The translations under genes and the position numbers were made by a program. A stretch of DNA of 64,000 nucleotides. It comes from an uncultured Acidobacteriota bacterium. GTDB taxonomy: Bacteria > Acidobacteriota > Vicinamibacteria > Vicinamibacterales > Fen-181. Of the stretch, positions 38,427-45,741 are shown piece after piece (within the stretch, counting starts at the first letter, position 1; each line of letters starts with the position of its first letter). Under the pieces are notes generated by a model. It searched no databases. It saw only the letters and a list, made by a program, of their open reading frames with translations, and had not been told where the DNA came from. The stretch spans positions 490,905 through 554,904 of the forward strand of contig CAWAMP010000011.1 of the NCBI GenBank assembly GCA_963783255.1, given 5' to 3'.

Positions 38427-39335
38427 CTAGATCGTCTTGATGGTGATCGTGCCGCTGTTGCTGCGGAGGCGGAGGCGCTTGCCGCCGGCGCCGAGCTGGC
38501 GATTCAGTTCGCACGGGCCGCCTTCGTCGTTGCCCGTTCCGGCCGGCTCGCCGAACCCGCGCACCCGCACCCCGCCGTCGTCGGTACTCGCGTCCAGATT
38601 CGCCGAGAAGGTGGCGGGCAGCTCGAGCCGCAGCCCGCCGTCGCCCGTGCGGATCTCCCAGTCGGTCGCCATCGAGCTGCCGTCCTCCGCGCTCACCTCG
38701 ACCGACCCGTCGCCCGTCTTGAGCGTCAGCCCCTGCAGTCGTCCGGACACGCGCGCGCCGCCGTCACCGCTCTCGAGGTCGAGCGTTCCGGACACGTTCT
38801 CGAACCGCAGCGAGCCGTCGCCCGTGGTCACGCGAAGCGTCCCGGCAAGGTCGCGGCCCTTCACACTCCCGCTGCTGGTGTGCAGCTCGACCGTGCCTTC
38901 GACCCGTTCGATGCCGATCGACCCGTCGCCGCTTCGGGCGACGATGTTCGAGCGCCGGGGAACGGAGGCGACGATCCGTGCCGTCGGTGAGACCCTGAAT
39001 CCGAATGCCGGCTGCAGGCCGTCCGGCTTCTTCACCTCGAGGGAAATCGTGTTGCCCGACTGCTCGGCCGTGACCTTGATCGCCGCCGCCATCGTCTCGT
39101 CGGCGGCCCGCTTCTCGACCTCGATGAGCACCTCGGACCTGTTCCAGGACCTGATCTCCACGGATCCGTCGAAGGTGGTCAGGGACAGCTCGGGAGTGCC
39201 GGTCACGGCGAAGCGCTTCTCTTCCTGAATCGAGTACGGGCCCGAGTTCACCGTAATCTCGCACGCCGACGTCAGCAGCGTCGCGGTTGCCGCCACGGCC
39301 AGGCCGTCTGTCCACCGGCGGGCATTGCGCCTCAT
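38427..39335 (-). CDS. DUF4097 / putative adhesin beta-repeat lipoprotein
   Basis: Lipobox TSA-C and repeated (S/T)GDGS beta-solenoid units. Confidence 0.85.
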   Translation of the reverse strand: MRRNARRWTDGLAVAATATLLTSACEITVNSGPYSIQEEKRFAVTGTPELSLTTFDGSVEIRSWNRSEVLIEVEKRAADETMAAAIKVTAEQSGNTISLEVKKPDGLQPAFGFRVSPTARIVASVPRRSNIVARSGDGSIGIERVEGTVELHTSSGSVKGRDLAGTLRVTTGDGSLRFENVSGTLDLESGDGGARVSGRLQGLTLKTGDGSVEVSAEDGSSMATDWEIRTGDGGLRLELPATFSANLDASTDDGGVRVRGFGEPAGTGNDEGGPCELNRQLGAGGKRLRLRSNSGTITIKTI

Positions 39336-39397
39336 CACGCCCCTCCCTGCCGGGTTATACGGCCCGGGGCCGGCAAAGGTTCAGTATGATAGGCCCC

Positions 39398-39838
39398 ATG
39401 GAGCCACTCATCATCGCCGGCGGCATCGTCGGGCTCGTCATCCTCGTGGCGGTGGCCATCATCGTGCGCAAGGGCCGGCCGTTCGGCATCGGCGACGTCT
39501 TCAGGGCCAGCCGCTGGACCCGCGGGAACCGCCTGTTCCCGACGCAGGTGCAGGTGTCGCCGACCGCGGTGGCGCTCTACACGCCGCAGTGGATTGGCCG
39601 GAGGGAGGAGAGCATCCACATCGCGCACGTGGCCTCGGTGCGCATCGACACGCACCTCATCTTCTCCGACGTCTTCATCGAGACCAGCGGCGGCGTGAGC
39701 CCGATCAGCTGCTACGGGCACTACAAGAAGGACGCGATCCGCATCAAGCAGCTGATCGATCAGTACCAGTCGGAGTACTTCAAGGCGCCGACGCCGGCCG
39801 CGCCATCAGGGCTCGCGCCGGCCCGCCCCGCCCGCTGA
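39398..39838 (+). CDS. Membrane-anchored hypothetical protein (bacterial PH-like domain suggested)
   Basis: N-terminal TM helix, GNRLFP...ESIHIAHVASV...IETSGG. TATGAT lies 7 nt before the ATG. Confidence 0.7.
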   Translation: MEPLIIAGGIVGLVILVAVAIIVRKGRPFGIGDVFRASRWTRGNRLFPTQVQVSPTAVALYTPQWIGRREESIHIAHVASVRIDTHLIFSDVFIETSGGVSPISCYGHYKKDAIRIKQLIDQYQSEYFKAPTPAAPSGLAPARPAR

Positions 39839-39924
39839 GCGGCCGGCCCCGCCAGCCTGTCGCCCCGACGCGGCCCGGCCGATAGACAGAAGAGCCGGGC
39901 TGGTCCGGCCTTCCGGAACCTCAC

Positions 39925-41262
39925 GTGGGCGACGAACTGACACACTCCACCAGGCACGCGGCGGATGGCCCCGCGGTCGGGGCCCCGGCGGCCCCCGATC
40001 CGTCGGCCCGCTTCCGGGCGCTCGTCCAGTCGCCGCTCCGGGCCGGCATCCTCCGGTATCTCTTCTCCCAGCCCGACGAAGCGTTCGAGGTTGAGGCCTT
40101 GATGCGGCTGTTCGGCCGCATGCACCTCGACGTGGCCAACTGCATCGGCGAGCTGGTCGGCTACGGCGTGGTGCGGCGCCTGCCCGGGGCGCCGACCAGG
40201 TATTCGGCGAATCGGCCGGAGGCCCCGGCCACCGCCGGCCTGCTCGATGAATTCCTCAACCGCAGGGCGGTCGTCACGACGGAAGACCAGTCGCCGTCGG
40301 TGCAGAGGTTCCGCGAGATGATCGGCCGCGACGAGAAGATGCTGGTGGTCTTCGAGTGGATCAGGACGGCGGCCAAGTCCGACATCTCGGTGCTGGTCCT
40401 CGGGCCGACGGGATCGGGCAAGGAAGTCGTGGCCCGCATGATCCACGAGCTGAGCCGGCGCGGCAGCGGCAAGTTCCAGGCCGTCAACTGCGCGGCGCTC
40501 CCCGACACGCTGTTCGAGTCGGAGATCTTCGGCCACGAGAAGGGCGCGTTCACCGGCGCCCACGACCGGAAGCCGGGCCGACTCGAGCTCGCGAACAACG
40601 GCACCCTGTTCCTCGACGAGATCGGCGACATGTCGGTCGTCGCCCAGGCGAAGCTCCTGCGCGTGCTGGAGGAGCGGCGATTCGAACGGCTGGGCGGGAA
40701 TCGCTCGATTGAGGTGGACTTCCGGCTGATCTCGGCGACCAACCGGCCGCTGGAGCAGCTGGTGCGCGAGAGCCGGTTCCGGGAAGACCTCTATTACCGC
40801 GTCAACCCGTTCGCGATCCGGCTGCCGTCGCTGCGTGAACGGCCGGTCGACATCCCCGTGCTGGCCCAGCGCTTCCTCTTGCGCTACTGCGCAGCCAACG
40901 GCATGCCGGTGGACGCCAAGGTGTTCTCCAAAGAAGCGCTCGACCGGCTGGCCGCCTATCCGTGGCCGGGCAACATCCGAGAACTCGAGAGCACCGTGTC
41001 CAGAGCCGCGCTGTCCGCACCCGGCCGGACCATTCGCGGCGTCGACACCGAATTCCTCCACACCGCCTCGGCACCTACCGAGGCCCAGCGCGAGCGGCTT
41101 CCCTCCCTTCGCGAGACCGAGCGGGCGCACATCGTCCGCGTCCTGGATTCGGTCGGCTGGAACAAGAAGGAAGCCGCGGAGATCCTGGAGGTCAGCCGGG
41201 GCACGCTGTATCGCAAGATCAGCGAGTACGGCCTCGAGCCGGCCAGGACCGCCGTGCGCTAA
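39925..41262 (+). CDS. Sigma-54-dependent transcriptional activator (bEBP) with N-terminal winged-helix-like domain
   Basis: GPTGSGKE, NCAA, ESEIFGHEKGAFTGA, LFLDEIG, FREDLYYR, WPGNIREL and C-terminal Fis-type HTH. Confidence 0.93.
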   Translation: MGDELTHSTRHAADGPAVGAPAAPDPSARFRALVQSPLRAGILRYLFSQPDEAFEVEALMRLFGRMHLDVANCIGELVGYGVVRRLPGAPTRYSANRPEAPATAGLLDEFLNRRAVVTTEDQSPSVQRFREMIGRDEKMLVVFEWIRTAAKSDISVLVLGPTGSGKEVVARMIHELSRRGSGKFQAVNCAALPDTLFESEIFGHEKGAFTGAHDRKPGRLELANNGTLFLDEIGDMSVVAQAKLLRVLEERRFERLGGNRSIEVDFRLISATNRPLEQLVRESRFREDLYYRVNPFAIRLPSLRERPVDIPVLAQRFLLRYCAANGMPVDAKVFSKEALDRLAAYPWPGNIRELESTVSRAALSAPGRTIRGVDTEFLHTASAPTEAQRERLPSLRETERAHIVRVLDSVGWNKKEAAEILEVSRGTLYRKISEYGLEPARTAVR

Positions 41263-41331
41263 AAAGGGACACGATCGTCGGCAATCGCCGAATACCTCCA
41301 GATTTACTAGTAATTGCACACAATGTTGCGT

Positions 41332-41424
41332 GTTCCATTATGGAGCTTGCAACTGGTATCTGTAATACACTGAAAACACATCACTTAGTTAGCATGGCAG
41401 CCCCTGTGCGTTCCAATATGGAAC
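41332..41424. promoter_or_regulatory. Two candidate enhancer (UAS) palindromes GTTCCA-N3-TGGAAC
   Basis: GTTCCA-TTA-TGGAGC (41332-41346) and GTTCCA-ATA-TGGAAC (41410-41424) in an AT-rich island. Confidence 0.6.
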
Positions 41425-41467
41425 AAGTTGGAACCTGGCTGGCGCTACTCCGGCGCAAGAACGATGC

Positions 41468-41495
41468 TGATAACATTAATGTTATCAAGTAGTTA
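41468..41495. promoter_or_regulatory. Perfect 20-bp palindrome overlapping an IHF-consensus site
   Basis: TGATAACATT-AATGTTATCA (41468-41487). TATCAAGTAGTTA (41483-41495) fits WATCAANNNNTTR. Confidence 0.65.
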
Positions 41496-41524
41496 TCTAT
41501 GATTCGCGCGCCTCTGTTCAGACC

Positions 41525-41540
41525 CGGCAGCCGTCTTGCT
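41525..41540 (+). promoter_or_regulatory. Sigma-54 (-24/-12) promoter
   Basis: CGGCAGCCGTCTTGCT fits YGGCA-N6-TTGCW with correct GG-N10-GC spacing, 70 nt upstream of ATG 41611. Confidence 0.7.
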
Positions 41541-41610
41541 GTATTGCCGGGCAGTGGAAACCAGGGCTTCTCGACCGAACGTTCTCCCCTCGGGGGTCGC
41601 CAGGGACGCG

Positions 41611-43557
41611 ATGCGGCGGCGGATCGTCGGCCTGATCTACCCCGCGGCGCTCGTGGCGACCATCGTCGGCACGGCCCTGGTCGTTCGCGGCCAGTTCCTG
41701 GTGGGGGGAGTCCTGCTTGCCCTGGCGGCCGCCGCGTGGTGGGATGGCCATCGGCGCGGTCGCGCACGCGCGGAGGCGGCTGCTCGCGATCGGCGGCTCT
41801 CCGGCCTGCATCTGGCCACGATCGAGGCGCTGGCGCTGGCGATCGACGCGAAGGACCGGACGACGAGCCGCCATATCCGCCGCGTGGAATGGCTGGCGCG
41901 GGCGCTGGCGCACGCCGTGGGCGTGTCCGACGACGAGGTCCAGGGCGTCGCGACCGCCGCGCTGCTCCACGACATCGGCAACCTGGCGGTGCCCGAGCAC
42001 ATCCTCTCGAAGCCTGGCCCGCTCACCGACGAGGAGTTCCGGAAGGTCAAGATCCACCCGCAGGTGGGCTTCGAGATCATCGAGCACGTGCCGTTTCCGT
42101 ACCCGGTGGCGCCGCTCGTGCTCTGCCACCACGAGCGCTGGGACGGGGCAGGGTACCCGCTCGGCCTGCGCGGCGAAGACATCCCGCTCGGCGCCCGCAT
42201 CCTGGCCGTGGCGGACTACTTCGATTCGGTCACGCGCGACCGCCCCTACAACAAGCGGATGTCCGGCGACCTGGCGCTGCTGCTGCTGCGGCAGGAGTCG
42301 GGCAGGGCGCTCGATCCGAACCTGGTGTCGGTGTTCCTCGAGCTGGTGCCCACGCTGCAGTTTGCCGAGCAGGCGCTGTCGGGGACGAGCGAGTACGAGA
42401 CGCACGCCCTTGGCCGGCCGAGGCGGCTGCACGAGAGCGGCGAGAAGGCCGCATTCGCGAACATCGCCCAGGCACACCAGGAGATCTACGCGCTCTACGA
42501 GATTGCGCAGGCCATCGGCTCGAGTCTCGGCGTGGCCGATACGATGTCGCTCATCGCCGACAAGCTCACCGTGCTGGTGCCCTTCTCATGCTGTGCGCTG
42601 TTTGTCGCGGAAGACGACGGGATGATTCGATGCCGGTTCGCGGCTGGAGTGGACGGCGACGCGCTGCAGCGGATCAGGCTCCACGCCGGCAGCGGCCATC
42701 CCGGCTGGGTGATCCGGAACCGGCAGTCGCTCGTGAACGCCGCACCCGTCGAGGACTTCGAGGCGGCCGGCCTGGCGACGGCCGCGCAGAATCTGCATTC
42801 GGCGCTCATGTGCCCGCTGGTCGCCAACGGCAGCGTGGTCGGCGCGATGGCGCTCTACCACGTCGAGCCCGGCTTCTACTCCGAGGAGCACCGGCGCCTG
42901 CTCGAGCGCATCTCGGAACAGGCCGCCGCCGCCATCTCCAACTCGATCGTCTTCGAGCAGACGCGCGAAGCGTCGTTGAGCGACGCGCTGACGGGCCTGC
43001 CCAACACGCGCTACATGGTCAGCCACATGGCGCGAGAGCTGGCGCGCGCCGAGCGGCACGGCACGCAGGTGGCCATCCTCGTGCTCGACCTCGACGACTT
43101 CAAGGAGATCAACGACACCTACGGACACCACGTCGGAGACCGCGCGCTGCGCGAGGTCGCCCAGGTGCTTCGCGAGGCGATTCGCCCCTACGACGTCTGC
43201 GTCCGTTACGCCGGCGACGAGTTCATCATCGTCCTGGCCGGCTGCGGCCCCGAGGAGGCGGAAACCAAGCGCGTGGAGTTCCAGCGCGCGGTGGCCGCGG
43301 TCAGGTTCGAGGCGTCCGCGGGCCGGACGGTTCGTGTCAGCTCCAGCATCGGGGCGGCGGTGTTCCCCGGCGACGGCGAAACCTACGAGGCGCTGCTGGC
43401 CGCCGCCGACGGTCGCATGTACCACGACAAGAAGTCGCGCAAGCGGCTCGACGCGCGATCGCGACAGGCGAGCTTCGCCGAGCCCGCGCTCGTCGCCGAC
43501 TTCGCGGACGAGCCCGCGCTCTCGACGGCGGTTCCGCCCCGCAATCGTGTGAACTGA
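41611..43557 (+). CDS. Membrane-anchored HD-GYP + GAF + GGDEF c-di-GMP turnover protein
   Basis: Two TM helices, LLHDIG, HHERWDGAGYP, GAF region, DALTGLPN, DLDDFKEIND.YGH, RPYD I-site and YAGDEF. Confidence 0.92.
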   Translation: MRRRIVGLIYPAALVATIVGTALVVRGQFLVGGVLLALAAAAWWDGHRRGRARAEAAARDRRLSGLHLATIEALALAIDAKDRTTSRHIRRVEWLARALAHAVGVSDDEVQGVATAALLHDIGNLAVPEHILSKPGPLTDEEFRKVKIHPQVGFEIIEHVPFPYPVAPLVLCHHERWDGAGYPLGLRGEDIPLGARILAVADYFDSVTRDRPYNKRMSGDLALLLLRQESGRALDPNLVSVFLELVPTLQFAEQALSGTSEYETHALGRPRRLHESGEKAAFANIAQAHQEIYALYEIAQAIGSSLGVADTMSLIADKLTVLVPFSCCALFVAEDDGMIRCRFAAGVDGDALQRIRLHAGSGHPGWVIRNRQSLVNAAPVEDFEAAGLATAAQNLHSALMCPLVANGSVVGAMALYHVEPGFYSEEHRRLLERISEQAAAAISNSIVFEQTREASLSDALTGLPNTRYMVSHMARELARAERHGTQVAILVLDLDDFKEINDTYGHHVGDRALREVAQVLREAIRPYDVCVRYAGDEFIIVLAGCGPEEAETKRVEFQRAVAAVRFEASAGRTVRVSSSIGAAVFPGDGETYEALLAAADGRMYHDKKSRKRLDARSRQASFAEPALVADFADEPALSTAVPPRNRVN

Positions 43558-43581
43558 CGGCGCAGGTCTGTCGGCTGGCGC

Positions 43582-44385
43582 CTATTTCGAGTGCTTCTTG
43601 CCGTGCCGGCCGGGCTGACCGGCCCTAGGCGGACGATGCAGGTCGTTTCGCCCGGACATCCGGTTGCCCTGACCGCCGTCCCTGTTCCCGGCCGGCCGGC
43701 CGAACACCGGCCCGCGCTGCTGGCCGCCGCCCCGGCCCGCGCCGTGGCGGGCACCCACCCCGCGACCCATTCCGCCCCTGAACTTCCCGCCGCGGTCGGT
43801 GGGCTGACGCATGGTGAACTCGGGCACGGGCCGCTCGGGCGTCTGGTTCTCCAGCCGAGGCAGCGTCGCGCGGATGAGGCGGCGGTGGACCCGGCCGTCC
43901 CCGGCCTCGCCGGCGCCGGCGGCCGGCGTGTCCAGGTTGCCGGTGTTCTCCGGCGGCTGGGTGGCCTGTGCCGGGGTTGCCGCCGGCAGGGCGGCCCGTT
44001 CCACCGGCGGCCCGGTCGCCGGCGCGACTGGGGCTCCCGCCCCGTCAGTCTCATCGCGGACTGCCGCGGGAACGACCACCGTCGGCGCAACGGCCTCACC
44101 AGTCACGGCTGCCAGCACTTCCTTGTAGGCAGCCGAAACGGCGTCCTTCTTCCGTCTGAGCGTGGGCATCTTCCCCTGCTTGTACTCGTGCTCGGTGTCG
44201 CACGCCGTGCACCGCGTCAGTCTCACGTCGTCTTCGACCATCGCGACGACGGCGTGGTCGGTGAGGCGGCGCTCGCGCGGGCAGTAGTCGTCCAGGATGT
44301 CACCGGGCCGGAGCCGGCGCTGATTCATGAGGGCCCCCGGAGGTTTGTCGGGCGGGGTGTGAGTGGGATCCGTCTTGTCCGCCAT
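43582..44385 (-). CDS. Hypothetical protein with N-terminal zinc-ribbon-like motif and disordered basic tail
   Basis: DDYCPRERRLTDH...CTACDTEH, Pro/Ala linker, Arg/Gly-rich C-terminus. Confidence 0.75.
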   Translation of the reverse strand: MADKTDPTHTPPDKPPGALMNQRRLRPGDILDDYCPRERRLTDHAVVAMVEDDVRLTRCTACDTEHEYKQGKMPTLRRKKDAVSAAYKEVLAAVTGEAVAPTVVVPAAVRDETDGAGAPVAPATGPPVERAALPAATPAQATQPPENTGNLDTPAAGAGEAGDGRVHRRLIRATLPRLENQTPERPVPEFTMRQPTDRGGKFRGGMGRGVGARHGAGRGGGQQRGPVFGRPAGNRDGGQGNRMSGRNDLHRPPRAGQPGRHGKKHSK

Positions 44386-44419
44386 TGCCTGTCGTGTGTC
44401 GAGCGCCGGAGGCAGCTAG

Positions 44420-44637
44420 GTCAGCCGCGCCCCGCTCGGTCTCGCGTAGGAGCCAGCCGTAGCCCAACCCAGACGCATTCAAGGTGTCGCCGGCCACCTG
44501 TACGGGCACGGCGACGCGCGGGCATGAGAGGCGCTACGGAATCCAGGAGCCGGCCGCATGCCAGGTCTGGCAGGCGGCCCTCGCCGACGCGGGTGAGATC
44601 CACGGTGAGATTGATCGGTCCGCTCGGGGAGGCGACC
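44420..44637. ncRNA. Structured intergenic RNA candidate (possibly 6S RNA)
   Basis: The ends pair (GTC-GCC..CCCCG..CGG with CCG..CGGGG..GGC-GAC). Internal stems CCGTAGC/GCTACGG, GTCGCCG/CGGCGAC and TGCCAG/CTGGCA. TAGAAT -10 on minus at 44641-44646. Confidence 0.45.
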
Positions 44638-44643
44638 GCCATT

Positions 44644-45741
44644 CTACTCGATCTTCGAGGCGGCGCGCCACCGCTTCCAGCGATCGACCCCCGCGTTCTT
44701 CAGCAGGACCAGGCCGAACATGAACAGGCTGAACGCCACGAATGCGGCCACGGCCTGCGCAAACGGCAGCGTTCTGTGCAGCGGCTCGCTGAACACGCCG
44801 TACACCAGCTCGACGTGGACCCAGTAGACGAACAGTGACGCGCTCCCGAAGACGACCATCGGCGAGGCTCCCTTCCACCACGCTCCCAGCAGCCGCGGGC
44901 GCCGCTCCCAGAAGTAGACCAACGACAGCGTCGACGTGACGATGCCGACGCGGAGGAGGAAGAACATCGGGGAGCTGGTCCAGAACCTGGAGTCGGCGTA
45001 GATCGACGGCAGGTACGACCCCGCGTAGCACGCCGCGGCGAAGACCAGTCCCGCTGGAGCCGTCCACGCGTGGAGCGTCCGCTCGGCCGACAGCCCGCGC
45101 GCGCGATCGACGATCACTCCAATCAAGGCTCCTGCGAAGACGAAGCCCGACCACGGGAACAGCGTGAAGTTGTTCCTGCCCGGGGCGGGGCGCAGGTACC
45201 ACTGCACGACGGGCGGCAGCGGATCGAGAAGTGGTGTCGTGCGGACCAGCGGAGTGACGAGCGTGACGACCAGCGCGGCGCCGCTGAACGCCAGGACGCG
45301 CCGACGGTCGTCGCGCGCCCACTGCCACACGGCGGCCGCCGCGACTATCGACGGCCCCATGATGTTGAGGATGTCGACCTTGAGCACCCCGGCCAGCATC
45401 GCCTTCGGATTCAGGATGTAGGCCTGGAAGCGGAACAGGTAGGCGAGGCCGAAGACCTGCCATCCCCGCCGCCTCACGCGGGCGGCGGCGTGCGCGACGC
45501 TCCCTGACTTGCGAGCACCGGCGGAAGCTGCGAGGGCCACCGACACCCCGGCCAGGAACAGGAACATGGGAGCGGCAAACCCCGCGAGGATCGCGGAGAT
45601 GCCGTAGGCCAGCGTCTGGCGGTCGGACGGCCTCGTCCAGGCATCCAGCACGTGGGCCTCGATCATCACGAGGATGGCCAGTCCCCGCATCCAGTCGATG
45701 TAGGTCAACCGTCGTCCGGTGCCCGGCTCGGGCGGGCTCAT
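44644..45741 (-). CDS. DUF1624 / HGSNAT-like membrane acyltransferase
   Basis: RLTYIDWMRGLAILVMIEAH, APMFLFLAG, DIL, FTLFPW and SLFVYWVH. ATGA overlap with the upstream gene. Confidence 0.85.
   Translation of the reverse strand: MSPPEPGTGRRLTYIDWMRGLAILVMIEAHVLDAWTRPSDRQTLAYGISAILAGFAAPMFLFLAGVSVALAASAGARKSGSVAHAAARVRRRGWQVFGLAYLFRFQAYILNPKAMLAGVLKVDILNIMGPSIVAAAAVWQWARDDRRRVLAFSGAALVVTLVTPLVRTTPLLDPLPPVVQWYLRPAPGRNNFTLFPWSGFVFAGALIGVIVDRARGLSAERTLHAWTAPAGLVFAAACYAGSYLPSIYADSRFWTSSPMFFLLRVGIVTSTLSLVYFWERRPRLLGAWWKGASPMVVFGSASLFVYWVHVELVYGVFSEPLHRTLPFAQAVAAFVAFSLFMFGLVLLKNAGVDRWKRWRAASKIE

Noticed and set aside
38149-38514. Repetitive small ORFs (MRSCDLAIVRTGDRANG...)
   Set aside because: Open in several frames simply because the repeat units lack stops. 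No SD and no frame preference. The same artefact extends ORFs at 31487..32017 and 62982..63785.
41396-41411. Second sigma-54-like box TGGCAGCCCCTGTGCG
   Set aside because: GG-N10-GC spacing fits, but the -12 element is weaker and it abuts the UAS palindrome upstream of the IHF site. 41525-41540 fits the architecture better.
41263-41520. AT-rich patch as replication origin or foreign DNA
   Set aside because: No DnaA-box cluster or mobility gene. Better explained as a sigma-54 enhancer/IHF region.
44559-44572. SECIS-like hairpin TGCCAGGTCTGGCA
   Set aside because: No credible plus-strand CDS with a suitably placed in-frame UGA. Treated as part of the structured intergenic RNA.
44420-44637. 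Cobalamin riboswitch, tmRNA, RNase P or SRP RNA
   Set aside because: Only a weak CCAGGAGCCGGCC resemblance to a B12 box, on the strand with no downstream gene. Hallmark motifs of the other RNAs are absent.
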